This document shows positions 41,904-54,859 of a stretch of DNA of 64,000 bases, in pieces. Origin of the DNA: Trichoplax adhaerens (Eukaryota; Animalia; Placozoa). Location of the stretch: the NCBI RefSeq assembly GCF_000150275.1, contig NW_002060955.1:1408287-1472286 (forward strand). Reading direction: 5' to 3'. The position numbers and the translations under genes were made by a program. Positions within the stretch are counted from its first letter, which is position 1; each line of letters starts with the position of its first letter. The notes below the pieces were generated by a model, which saw only the letters and a list, made by a program, of their open reading frames with translations, did not search any database and had not been told where the DNA came from.

Positions 41904-42526
41904 TGTCACTAAATTAATCTTCGTGATGTATATTTTATTTCTATGTTACGTTCTATTTATATGTTTATATCTCAGAAATGTTTTACGGTCTCCCTAATTG
42001 TAATTTTAGTGGTTAACAGTTGATATCCTTAATTTAGGATAACATAGACTAAAATAGTAATTGCCAACCAGCTAAACTGGATTATATCTATCACCTCCAA
42101 GTTGTTAAGGTTCAAAGTACAATTCCTATGTTTAGAGGAATTGTCTTAGTAGGATAAATTTATATGTATCTGTTAAACTATTAATAAGCATTGATTATTT
42201 CGATACTGTTACATTATTTTCAATAGGATTAGACTGTATCTAATCTGTGCAGTTAGAATCTCTTTAGGGTATTAATCTAGTTAATTTCTAATAGACGAGG
42301 TGACTTGTGTAGCTAAACCGGTTTTAGATCCGAAACCTATATAAACGGCAAGTTCGCTGACAATAAATTAGATTATGATTTTCTAGCAAGTATTGAAGGT
42401 CTCTTGGTGTTAAACCGTATCTGTCTTGGAATACCAATTGTCTGTTATTCCAAATAACAGTAGTAAAGGGTAGAAATCACTCTCTCAATCCTTGTTACGA
42501 GTTAGGGCTTTTCCTAGCTCGTAACA
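41904..42526 (+). mobile_element. Solo-LTR-like family G, copy 2 (623 bp)
   Basis: TGTCAC...GTAACA; flanks GTACA/ATGCA (3/5, transitions only); TATATAAA 42338 and AATAAA 42362; inverted homolog of 33336-33949. Confidence 0.87.
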
Positions 42527-43141
42527 ATGCAGCATTGGTGCAAGCAATTATGAAATTACAAAAATAAATCCACTAGAACTGAAGTTTTAATTAAGCATTT
42601 TGATTGAATTAATGATCAAGATCTAAGCAAGATAAATAATTGCAATAATTTTAGGAGATTTTAAGGAATTCCAATATAATATTTAGCTATTCAAATTGAA
42701 AGAATTGCTTGCTGTCATCTGCCCTAAGATTATAATGAAATATATTTAAAGGAAATGTTAAATTTTACAAATTTATGTCATATGGTTCATCTTTTATAGC
42801 AAATTAGTGATTTTATACCTTTAAAGCTGGCAAAAATTGAGATTCAACTTCAATGTTTGATACTATCATAATGGATCGAAAGCTTATTGGATAAGCAAAA
42901 GAGTTGCTAGCATGAAAGAAATGTTTTAGTACATATAATAATCAAATTCAATTTTACTACCGCGTTATCTTAAGTTTTGCTAATCTAAGGCGTAACTGAC
43001 TTGATGAAAGTGTTAATAATAGTAATCTCTTTTAGAAAATAGCTGTTGAGCTAATTACGCAGCTGCTCTTCAACCGGTACAATGAGCGATGATGCACTTT
43101 GTTCCAAATTACGCACTTAAATGTAAAACAGGTAACAGAAG

Positions 43142-43349
43142 TGTTACGAAGTACTAAGGTTGTTGTAGTGATTGTATCGCTAAGAGCTATCATATTCAAT
43201 ATGCTTGTTTATTAAGAGTATGTTTCGGCAGTTATTCTGTAAGGATGTTGATTAGGACCTAGATAGCATATCTAGGAAAAATAAGTTGTTATCTTACAAG
43301 CTCTACTGGATTATCAATTTATTGTTACAATAAAAGACCAAGAGTAACA
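43142..43349 (+). mobile_element. 208-bp solo-LTR-like element
   Basis: TGTTAC/GTAACA; perfect TSD AGAAG (43137-43141, 43350-43354); AATAAA at 43329 near the 3' end. Confidence 0.8.
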
Positions 43350-45305
43350 AGAAGTTCTTTCAAAATATCAAAATTTAGTGCAAAATGTTAAATTTATTCA
43401 AACGATAGGTTTATATTTGCAAATGATTTAAAAATAATTTTCAAGATAAAAGATAGTGTCTGGATAAGTATTAACCTGAATCGCTAAAGATCAATTGAAA
43501 TTTCTCCTATAGCGAAAATTTATCTCCGTCTAACTAATTTATCCCTCACTTATAATTTATTCTCAAAAGGTGTATTATAGGCTGCATATATTGCTCCCGC
43601 TGGTTTTCATATACAGCCGACAGGCAGAATCGTAATATTGTGTTCATTTTGAGATGATATTAATTGAATAAAGTTGCTACACTTTATGCTAATGAAAGAT
43701 TAATGTTCATTGTTACTATTTTTTTTATTCATAACTTCGTTTACTAGGCTGCTTTGCTTTATTATTATTTCGGTACTATTTTGCTCTCATCTATACTTAA
43801 TTACAGATAACATTCTGATTAGAAACGTTTTTGTTGCTGACAATTACTTGTATGTGATTGTTGCAAATTAATTTATGAGACAAAGCAACACAAAACAAAA
43901 GTTTCCGTACCGTACTGACTAAAAATACCTTCTTAATAAGAAATCATGCAGTAGGCACACAACGAAGAACAGTAATGGCAGAACTTTTTATATAAAAATC
44001 ATCATACTTGTAAACAAATTTAGTCTATTTATCCTTCTTTATTGGGATATATTTCTTGAACTATAATTATTCTAAGTAAAGTAGTGGCTCAATTATGGTA
44101 TATTTTAACCCGCCGCTAGTAACTATAATTAATCATACTTTGCGCTAGATCGCTCTTATATTCAACTATTTTGAACTAGCATTTCATTATTTATTACTTT
44201 GATAAGCTTGATAGCCATTGATATCAAATGTGCGTATATCAGCCGACCTTACAATATTTATGATAATCCTTTCACTATTTTACTTAGAATTATGATGATA
44301 GACCTTGCCTTATAAGCTGCAACCACAAAGCTATTCGAACAGTGAAATAACACGGTAATAGTGATAAAAGATCTATATGTCTTAGTACCAGAGTTGTTTT
44401 TGCTTACATATTGGTCTCGAAGAAAGATATGTAAATTTTGAGTGACAACGTGAAGAATTACTTAATACAAAACCTAAGGAATTAGCAAACCACGGTTTAG
44501 AGTAACGTGAAATAGACCGGCTAGTTCATTCGCAGCTATACTCGAGAATCTTCGGTCATTTTATAATAAAAACAATTTACGATATATCTGCAGCAGACAC
44601 TTCAATTCAATAATCTTTCTTTATGATATCATAAATATCATGTACCGACTTTTAAGTTACGTCTATATATTTTATCCTTACGTTGTTTAAATAGATAGCT
44701 TTTATATGGGATATTATTCTTTGTACGAGTAAACCGTCCATATTGTTATAAGGATGTGACTTTGCAGTAATTTCTTCTCAGAAAGCATTATAAACAATTA
44801 AAATTTACTGTATTAAAAGAATCTTTTATGATAACTTCAATTCAATCCCCAACTAACTCGCCGGAAGTTGTAGGAGTAGTAGAAATGAAGTCTATGTAGT
44901 CACCCTTTAATATATGAGTGGACTAGAAACACAATACATAAAAGTACAGATGGTAGTTCTATTAGAAAAAAACACGTTATGACATCATCATTCGAATAGA
45001 AAAGAGATAAGATCAATTTTAAAAGAAGATATTTTTAATAATTAATTCAATAATGAGTAAAACTGAAAAAGATTAAGGTTAGCTACTTGCACAAAACTAT
45101 CTGTTATTAAAGTCATTAATTTAAATTAGTAGGGATTGTTTAGGGATTGTTTCGGTAAGGAGAATAGAAAGCTATTCGCAAATAAAAGATCCTGCATTTC
45201 CATAAATTTGAAGATCTTTGTAAATCTTCTTGACCTCTTCGACGGCTATTTTGGCATATCCATTTTTTCAGTACAACAATTTTGTTTCTTTAAAAGTATT
45301 TTAGG

Positions 45306-46271
45306 ATGGAAGAATCTAACGTTACCAGTGAAAATCGTCAACTGTATGCATACATTGCAATAACCATTGGCAGCATATCCGTGATTGGTTTAATAGCCAA
45401 TGCTTTATTACTATATATCTTTTTGACTGACAAATTTTTTCGTAAAACTACGTATTACCTAATGCTTATCTGTGTTATTTCTGATGGAATATCCAATACA
45501 TCTTCTCTTATTTCTACTGGAATACTATTGGCCAAAAATGCAGATCAATCCTTCAGTATGCTAGCTATGTGTCAAATATCAGGCGCTGTTGTCTATACAT
45601 CGTATGGTATATCAATTATGAATCTGTGCTTAATTAGCATCGATCGCTATTTTGCTTGCGTGAAACCGTTAAATAATTTTTACCTGGTTCATAAACGTCA
45701 GATTCTTATCGTCAGTGAAGTATTCATTTGGATCATTTCCGTAGCAGTAACATTGCCTGATATGACTTTTCTTCAACCTCGTCAAGATGATGAATTTATG
45801 TGTGATTACCCCAATGTGACGACTTCCATTTCTGTATACTTAGTATCCTTAACGTTCGTGTACTATACTTTACCTTCAATGGTTATTATAGTTACATATT
45901 GGCGAATTATAATATTTCAGAGGAATTACGTACGACCAGGGCAACCGTTGAAACCGTCACAGCAGGATATATCTAGCAGGCAGAAATTAATTAAATCACT
46001 AATTAGCATCTCAACATGCCACGTATTAACTACTCTGCCTTATTTTGTGGTCATGTTTGGAATGGGTGTAGCTGGAATATCTTTCGCTCAAATTCAAAGT
46101 AGAAATCCAGTATTATTTGCGTTATGTATGCTTGCTGTATCCACAACCAGTAATATCACCGTTATTAATCCATTTTTGTATCTGAAATTTGACGGAAATA
46201 TTCGCAGAAGGCTCCGTGAAATGATAAAAAGTCTTCGAAGCGCGAGAAGAAGACGGAATTGGATAAGATGA
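45306..46271 (+). CDS. Intronless class A orphan GPCR, 321 aa; inner clade
   Basis: NVT sequon, IAN, VISD, SIDRY, EVFIW, MCDYPNVT, RNYVRPGQ, TTLPY, NPFLYLKFDGNIR. Confidence 0.95.
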   Translation: MEESNVTSENRQLYAYIAITIGSISVIGLIANALLLYIFLTDKFFRKTTYYLMLICVISDGISNTSSLISTGILLAKNADQSFSMLAMCQISGAVVYTSYGISIMNLCLISIDRYFACVKPLNNFYLVHKRQILIVSEVFIWIISVAVTLPDMTFLQPRQDDEFMCDYPNVTTSISVYLVSLTFVYYTLPSMVIIVTYWRIIIFQRNYVRPGQPLKPSQQDISSRQKLIKSLISISTCHVLTTLPYFVVMFGMGVAGISFAQIQSRNPVLFALCMLAVSTTSNITVINPFLYLKFDGNIRRRLREMIKSLRSARRRRNWIR

Positions 46272-48278
46272 TTAAATCTTAAAGATCATACGTCGTAAAT
46301 TTATATTTAGACAAAAGTACAAAATTTAATTATGAGACTTAATTCCTTCCAATTTTTTTATACATTGAAAATTTTATTGTTTTGTCGTAATTGTGTTCTT
46401 TGTCCGTGAGTAGCAATAGATTATCACCCTGAAAAATAAGTTTTGAATTTAAATTTGAGTTTTTATTGGTAGATTTATCAGAATTTCTTAACAGTTCGTA
46501 ATTGAATGTATAATTGTAAATTATATGAAGGCGTAATGTGATTTTGGTAGAAATTCTAAAATCGGCTGAGTAAAATTTATTGTCTATTATAATGTAAGTA
46601 TTGTAGGATAACGTGACTTCAGTTTTTCGAAACTATTACATGCATCTAATTCTAACCTGAATATTTAGCATGGTGCTGTTATTTAACTGTATTGAAATAA
46701 GCAAGATTTTACATGGGCTTACTTTCTCTTGATTAAGTATGCTTAAGCAAAAATACTCTGGTAATACTATCGGAATATTAATAACTTCTATAACTTTAAG
46801 ATTAAAGTATGTGTAAAGCTTACTTTAGTAAGCAACTGCTGTGGTGTATAGTCTACCAACGATGGAAAATTCATCAGAATAGAGAGATGCACGCAAATAA
46901 GGCCTTGATAGGGCAAATTAAGCTTATACTTTCTTCCTACTTACGGACTGTAGCTCAAAGATAATTCTTTTATTCTCTATAATAGCCTCATATTTACGGG
47001 AATTATTACGAATAGATTATTCAGCAAGTTCTGTTAGTATGCGGGTATGTAATGAGTCAAAATAACATTAATATGATACAAAAAGAAAAGATCAATTGCA
47101 GCTTGTAGCAGTGAGCATGATTACAAAAGAGTTTAATAGGTGAAGGAGATTGAAAAAGAAAGATTGAATGATGTTACCGATAGAAATAAATATAACAAAA
47201 TAGACTTGAATAGCTAACAACAGTAACAACTCTATTGGCCTTTACTACAGTTTAATCATAATTAATATATCCTTCAGAGGCTAAAATTGCGGGTGTATCA
47301 TTCATTATGGCAACCCTAAATTACTTTAGAAAGAATCTGTCTTCGGATTCCAAATAGATGAATTTGACAACTTATCTCGTAGAAACCTATGCTCGGCCAA
47401 TAGTATTCGCTTGCCTAGAAACGAAATCGAATAGGCCGGCTGTGGCCATGTCGATTTTAAGTTACAGACCTACAAGCAGTTTTCCGGACAGTGTTTGTGC
47501 TGCTGTAGGTATATTGATAGTGTGTTAAGACTTAAGATTTATTGTAAATGCTCTTTATGTATAAAATAATATTGCTATGATTAACCATACGTAAAATTGA
47601 ATGGTTACTGTTTATAATATCCAAAGTCTTGCTAAGTAGATTCGATAAGCCGAATAAACTAGGATTGGGTGTTTATTGTAGTTTTAAATCAAATAATTAT
47701 ACGATAGTAATTATCTAAAACGTTCTATGATTTTATATTCAATATCCTCTTCTTAACACAAAGTTAATAAACACCCTATTAGGTGATCATTATCAGTTAC
47801 AGTATGAGAAACTTGAATTATAATACGATTATAAATAGTCGAGATGATTAAGTGATAGTATAAAAGTATGCAAATGATACATAATTATGATTGATGAAAA
47901 ATCCTTTTAACAAATTTAAAATCTCCAATATATGACATTACATTCATATGAAATATTAATAAAAAATTTAAGTATTTGGTTTAACCGGGTACCGACCAAT
48001 AAATATTGCACATACGCAAATGTGAATAGATAAATTTGATTCGTATCTTCTAATAATATAAGGCATGCTTGAGACAAATGTGAAGTGACTGAAATCAAAC
48101 CATCATATTTCGACACGTATTGTATCGATTTCAATTGCAATATGATACAGTTTAATACCGAATGATTCAATAAGTAAGCTAAAGAAGATCTAAAAGCCTT
48201 GGTCAATACCAATTTTTTTTACTTTTAATTTCTATTTAACATGACATGACACATACATGCACTACATACACACTATAG

Positions 48279-48352
48279 TATATATATATATATACACTTT
48301 CATCTAAACTTCAAACTAGACTTATTCTCTATTTCTATTTCTATTTCTATTT
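48279..48352. repeat. Microsatellites (TA)8 and (CTATTT)~4
   Basis: Directly visible; absent from the duplicated unit at ~52450. Confidence 0.8.
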
Positions 48353-49387
48353 TTCTGCGTATTTACTATTTAATTATTTCAAATAATAATTTCGACAGCT
48401 GTAAATATTAATGAAATGTAAACAATAATGTAGCTTTTAATGAGCCTTAATATCTATCTCTAAATAACAATGTTAATCAATCGGTGCTCAAGGGGTATTG
48501 GTTCCCGTATCGTTAGTAAGATTACATTGAAACTGTCAATCCCCATATTTTATAGAGATAGTAGCGGTAAGAGATTTTCATTCTTTTTATTTTTTGCTAG
48601 TTACAACTATCTTGGTTCTGATATATTTGTACCAGAGAAGAATAGTAAAAACAATAATCAAGCTTTCTGTATAATTTTGCATGTTAGTTTTATGACAAAA
48701 ATTTCTAATTATCGTTGGCCGCATTAAAAAACGCAGTCTAGTCTCAATTTTAAGGTATCGGCAATTTCAGAAAATTAGTTTTGCTTTAATCATTAGCTAA
48801 TGTCTTTATTAATAATGATGATGACATCTCCTCAGAAAAAATTTAACAGCAAAATCATATCTCCGTAAAGAATTTCGTATTTAAATTTATAATTCAGATT
48901 CAATTACTTTAATAGCCTGATCAAGTAGCAACTTTAACAGTTATGTTAAGGCAGTCGCGATGATCTTAGGGGCGATTTAGAAAGATTTACTTCGTACAGG
49001 ACGGTAAGTCTAGAAAGAGAAATGAATCTAAAAAATAATTTAACTTTTATGCGTACGCCATAAAGTTTGAAGTTATTTTAGGGTTATTTCGGAAGAGAAA
49101 TCGACCATCTACCAGTCTAAATTGATTTATTCCAGTCTTTAAAAAATTTAGCATCAATGAGTTTTGGAATGTACTATAATTAAAATTCCTTATGCTGACC
49201 GTTTAATAATTCAAACAGGTAACAGATTCATCGGCATCGCTTAAATAAGAGGAACACAAAGTTTTGCTGCTAACTTATGTTACGAGACTTCATTCAAGCA
49301 AGATCTTATTTATATATATATATACATTTCTTAGTGATAATCTGTCAAATAAGCTTAGCCAGATTATCTGATCATTCTAGTGTGGCA

Positions 49388-50331
49388 ATGTCTAATACTA
49401 CGACATCTAGCTTTCAGCTTTTTAATATTTTTTCGTCAATTATGATGGTTATCTCCATTGTAGGATTAATTGTCAACACTTTGATAATATACATCTTTAC
49501 AAGCGACAAATACTTTCGTAGATAACTTATAATTTAATACTAATTTGTGCTATTTCCGATGCAGTATCGAATATATCGGGACTCATTTCTAATGGAACGC
49601 TACTAGGAATAAGCGCGAATCAATCTTATAGTATGGCCTCAGTATGCAAAATATCTGGAATATTCATCGACATTTCATATGGTGTTTCGTTTTTAATTTA
49701 TGCTTAATTAGCATACATCGATATTTTGTCATCGTTAGACCGTTAAATAACTTTTATAGAACTAATAAAAAGCAGATTGTTATTATTAGCGAAATATTTA
49801 TTTGGTTATTATTAGGATCAATAGCCATACCTGATACGCATTACATTGAGTCTCAGGATGAGAATGAATATTTATGCAAATATTCTAACATGACAGTATC
49901 GGTTGGAATGTATCTGGTTTCAATATCCGTCTCTTATTACATATTGCCTTCGATGGCTATTATCATTATATTTTGGCGAATCATACTGTTTCAGAAAAAT
50001 TATATTAGACCCGGGCAAACAGCTGAAGCAGATATATCATGAAGCATCTAATAAAATCAAGCTAGTTAAATCGTTAATTAGTATCGCATCTTTTTACGTA
50101 TTAGCCACATTACCTTTCTTCGTAGTCTTACTCGCAATTGGTGCAGCTAGGACCTCTCTGTTACAAATACAAAGAAGTAGTCCAGGGCTATTTGCCCTAT
50201 GCTTTTTATCTATGACTATCGCTGGCAACATTACAGTCATAAGTCCACTTCAATATCTAAAATTTGATGGAAATATTCGCAAAAGATTTCATGAGATATT
50301 GAAAAATCTACGTCGTACTAACATAAATTAG
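49388..50331 (+). pseudogene. Frameshifted GPCR pseudogene; recent duplicate of 52762
   Basis: Relative to 52762: 1-bp deletions at ~49520 and ~49689 and a 1-bp insertion at ~50019. DRY is changed to HRY and NPFLY to SPLQY. The position equivalent to the 52762 ATG is GTG (49382). Confidence 0.93.
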
Positions 50332-51182
50332 CCAAAAAAACTGCAAGTAATAATCACGTCATACATTTTATACTAGATTATTGCTCTGTAACACACTTTG
50401 CTATTATTATAGGATGTATTTGTCCCATTATTATAGTATCAATTACAGTTAAAGCGAAATCATTCTTTCTGCTACCAGAAATACAAAATGTGATTTTAGA
50501 GCAAATTTTAATGATTTAGAGTTTCAAGTATTTAACTAAATATTGTTAAGATGAAAAGTGTAAACTGAAATTCATTTGTTACAGTTATCAGTTTTTATAA
50601 AAGAACTACAAATTGCTACTGTTGTAGCCATTTCAAAGATGTAAATCGTGATATCTACACATAATTATTATTCCATGTTACAGTAGAATTTGTCATTTCT
50701 AATGAGAATTCACAGTATTTGGCTTGGGCTGTGAATAGATGTTATAAGGCTGTTAAGACAGCATTATATTCGTGCAGCAAAATAGGTAAATTTTGATGTT
50801 GTCTAGTATATTTAGAGATTTAAAAATGCTACTTGATAACTGGCCACTACAGTTGACGATCTTATATCGTCTTAAAATGCCGAAGAAGCCACATTGAAGT
50901 TAATTATTCTGTTTGTTCAATTCCGTATCTATGTCTTTAGTTTTGTTTTAATATTTAAATCATAGACTCTTTTAAGCATGGAATTTAAAATCTCATAGCA
51001 AAGATTTAGCATTTGAATAGAACATAAAATGTTATCGTTTAGCTAACTAATAGATCTAACGGTTACTTAAACGCTTGCATAAATCATCAGAATCAAAAAT
51101 AAAAATTCCTCCGACGATAATTTTTGATATGTTGACTACTTGTAAGGTCTACAGCAATGAGTGTATGTCGTTTATACGATAG

Positions 51183-51510
51183 TGTTATCCGTTATGTGAC
51201 TGTTTGGCGTAGTAATTTTACTGTAATAAGAATGTACGGTTGTTATAAAGCAGTTTTTAAACGCGATCGGAACACTAGACTCAATTGTTAGTTCCGATAG
51301 ATCTCCAACTAACTCATGAGAATCAATGTGGATGAACACTGACTTGCTTCTATTCACAAAAAGAGACTCTACGATACGTTTTGTAGGAACAAACTTATTG
51401 TGCTTTACTACTAATCACACAGAACCATCACTCTACAACACTAGCTCCGAACTGATTGATTAATTACCTAATTCAATCCTATTTAGGATTGTCACTACTC
51501 AGTGGTGACA
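51183..51510. mobile_element. 328-bp TG...CA element with 4-bp TSD
   Basis: TGTTAT...GTGACA; ATAG on both sides; absent from the duplicated unit. Confidence 0.6.
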
Positions 51511-52761
51511 ATAGTCAACATTTTAGCTACCGTAACTTATAGATCTCAGTATAGGGATGAGACGCCAACAATTATAACGAGTTATTATAGCTACAACTCG
51601 TAAACAAGATTAACTAAAAATAAATTGGTGAAAGCAAATTAAAGCATCGAGACTCAACACGATAGTATTACAGAGCTAAGCACTGTAACAATGGTACATT
51701 ACTATTCTTATAGCAGTATTACATCACGTGAAGAATAAATCTAAAATAGGACACTACTCAGATAATTAAATTTAATTAAAAAATTCTCTCTATCGCTTTT
51801 TGGACATTGCTATCCTACCTACCTAAATTACTTAAAAAAATCAGGCCGTTTGTCTTAACGATTATCAGGTCTATAGTTGTTTCAATTTGATGATAAGCTA
51901 GTGTACTCGGGCGTTTTTACAGGCGTTCACTTATATCTTCTGCTATCTTATGGCGTAAGTATAAGTGTTGTGTACTATTTACTCTAATTATTACGGTTCA
52001 GTTAGACAAAAACTTCAAGATAAATAATGTTTTGTCGCTTTCGAGAGTATGTAATCACTTGAATCTCGCCAGTACTAACTCGTGATATAGTGCAACATAC
52101 AACTGACTATCAATATAAAGGCCAGTGATAAGATATAACCCGATTCGATTCTTGTTATTTGATACTGTAACTTGTTATTGTGAACTAATAGACCGTATAA
52201 CACTACATAACACTACTTACAGCTTGAGAATGCTAAATAGATTGCAGGCTTTAATTACCTAAATATGCTGAAGCAGTATCTTTCAATCGTTAATATACTA
52301 GTACTGGTTACAGAACGATAATCTTTTCAGGGCTGTATTATATCGATTTCTATTACAATATGATACAGTGTTTAAAACAAAAATTTAATAAACAAGCTAA
52401 AGAAGATCTAAAAGTCTCGCTCAATACCAGATTGTTTTCTGCTTTTAATTTCTATTTTTAAGTTATTTCAAATCCACACTATATACTTATTCCGAATAAT
52501 AATTTCGACAGCAGGAGGTATCGGTGAAACTTAACAATAATTTAGCTAATAATGGACCATAATATCGATCTTTTAAGAACAATACTAATCAATTGATATT
52601 TAAGTGGCATTGGTTCCGGTAAAGTCAGTTAGATTGCTTCAGTAAGAGAAAATAGTAAAACCTATCTACTAACTTAAGTTACAAAGCTTCATTCACTCAA
52701 GACCTCGAATATATTTCATTTACGTCTACGTTAGACTTAACGATCATCCGATCATTTCAGT

Positions 52762-53724
52762 ATGACAATATCTAATACTACGACATATAGCTTTCAAATT
52801 GCTAATATTTATGCTTCAGTTATAATAACTATAGCTGCAGTTGGCTTAATCGCCAATACTTTGATTATATACATCTTTATAAGCGACAAATACTTTCGTA
52901 AGATAACTTACAATTTGATGCTGATTTGCGCAATTTCCGATGCAGTATCGAATATATCGGGACTCATTTCTAATGGAATGCTACTGGGAATAAGCATGAA
53001 TCAATCTTATACCATGGGCACAGTATGTAAGATATCTGGAATAATTATTAACATTTCATATGGTGTTTCCATTTTTAATTTATGCTTAATTAGCATAGAT
53101 CGATATTTTGTCATCGTTAGACCGTTAAATAACTTTTATAGAACTAATAAAAAGAAGATTGTTATTATTAGCGAAATATTTATTTGGTTATTATCAGGAT
53201 CAATAGCCATACCTGATACGGTTTACCTTCAATCTCAGGATGAGAATGAATATACGAGTATGTGTGATTATCCCAATATGACAGTATCGGTTGGAGTATA
53301 TTTGGTTTCATTCTCCGTCTTCTATTACATATTGCCTTCGATGGCTATTATCATTATTTACTGGCGAATCATACTGTTTCAGCAGAATTATATTAGACCC
53401 GGGCAACAACTACAGCAGATGCAACATGCAACATCTAATAAATACAAGCTAGTTAAATCGTTAATTAGTATCTCATCTTTTTACGTATCGGCCACATTCC
53501 CCTTCTTCCTAGTCTTATTCGTATGTGGTGTAACCAGGACACCTATGTTACAGATACAAAGAAGTAATCCAGGGCTTTTTACGGTATGCATGCTGTCTCT
53601 GACTACCGCCAATAACATCACAGTCCTAAGTCCGTTTCTATATCTAAAATTTGATGGAAATATTCGCAAAAGATTTCATGAGATATTGAAAAATCTACAT
53701 GGCACTAACAAAAGAGGAAGCTGA
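52762..53724 (+). CDS. Intronless class A orphan GPCR, 320 aa; inner clade
   Basis: NTT sequon, IAN, AISD, SIDRY, EIFIW, MCDYPNMT, NYIRPGQ, ATFPF, SPFLYLKFDGNIR. Confidence 0.95.
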   Translation: MTISNTTTYSFQIANIYASVIITIAAVGLIANTLIIYIFISDKYFRKITYNLMLICAISDAVSNISGLISNGMLLGISMNQSYTMGTVCKISGIIINISYGVSIFNLCLISIDRYFVIVRPLNNFYRTNKKKIVIISEIFIWLLSGSIAIPDTVYLQSQDENEYTSMCDYPNMTVSVGVYLVSFSVFYYILPSMAIIIIYWRIILFQQNYIRPGQQLQQMQHATSNKYKLVKSLISISSFYVSATFPFFLVLFVCGVTRTPMLQIQRSNPGLFTVCMLSLTTANNITVLSPFLYLKFDGNIRKRFHEILKNLHGTNKRGS

Positions 53725-54859
53725 AAGAATATGAATTCTATTAAGAAGTCTTTTATTGCTTTTTCGAAATTGTTAAGCAAAATACTCCTAACATGTATGA
53801 ACAGTTGTTAGAGTTTCGCTTTGTTTTAGAAATTCTAATGTCGTTGGAGCTGGTTACCCACTTTATTAAATTAGACTTAGAAGCTAAAGTCATTTATCAT
53901 AGAATGCATTGCACACCAGATTCTTACTCTATTAAATAATTTGTTATTATTATAGGATGCATTTAACTCAATATTATTGTATCGATTATAGTTGTAGCGA
54001 GAATACTCTTTTTGTTACCAGAAATAGGAAATGTGATTTTAAAATAAATTTTAATGATTTATAATTTTAACTATTCAAATACGTAGATACTATGATGAAA
54101 AGTGTAAATTGCAACTCCTTTGTTGGTGATACATCTAAAAAATCGGTGATTCAAATTTATAGATTATTAAATAAATATAAGCTTTCATTCCCGAAAGTTA
54201 TCAGTTCTTATAAGAAAACTTCACATTTCTTCTATTGTAGCCATTTCGAAGATGTAAATGGCAATTCTATGCATAATTATTAATTCTTCCTAAAAAATAT
54301 TTTGGTATTTCTAACAAGGATTCACAGTATTTGGCTTGGATATCAAAGAAACTATAATGCTATCAATATAGAATTGTATTCGTACAATTAAATAGGCAAA
54401 TTTTGATGTTGTCTAGTGATATTCAGAGATTTAAAAATACTACTTAATTTCTAGCTGCTACAGTTATCTGTCATATTTCATTTTAAGATTAAGATACCAA
54501 AAAATTAATATTGAAATAACATATTGTATTTACTCGGTTCCGTATCTAACTCCTTAGTTTTGCTCTAATATTTAAATCATAGAGTCTTTAAGGATGATGT
54601 TTAAAATTTTATAACAAAGATTTAGTATTTTAATAGCACACTAAATATTATAGTTTAGCTATCGAATAGATATAAGGATTACATGAACGCTTCTAGAAAT
54701 CATCAGAATCAAAAATAAAATTCCTCTCACGTTAATCTTTGATGTGGTTATTATCTGTAAAGTCTACTACGATAAGTGCATATCGTATCGGATATCGCAC
54801 TTATAATAAGTACTACCTTTAGCCGTGCGATATTTTTACGCAATGAAGTAACTCCTCAA

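Larger units (their letters stand above)
48122..52083 (+). repeat. ~4-kb tandem segmental duplication, unit 1 (contains pseudogene 49388)
   Basis: Colinear with 52341-56192 in upstream sequence (aagctaaagaagatctaaaag), the CDS, and downstream sequence (catcagaatcaaaaataaaa; gacactactcagataatt). Confidence 0.85.
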
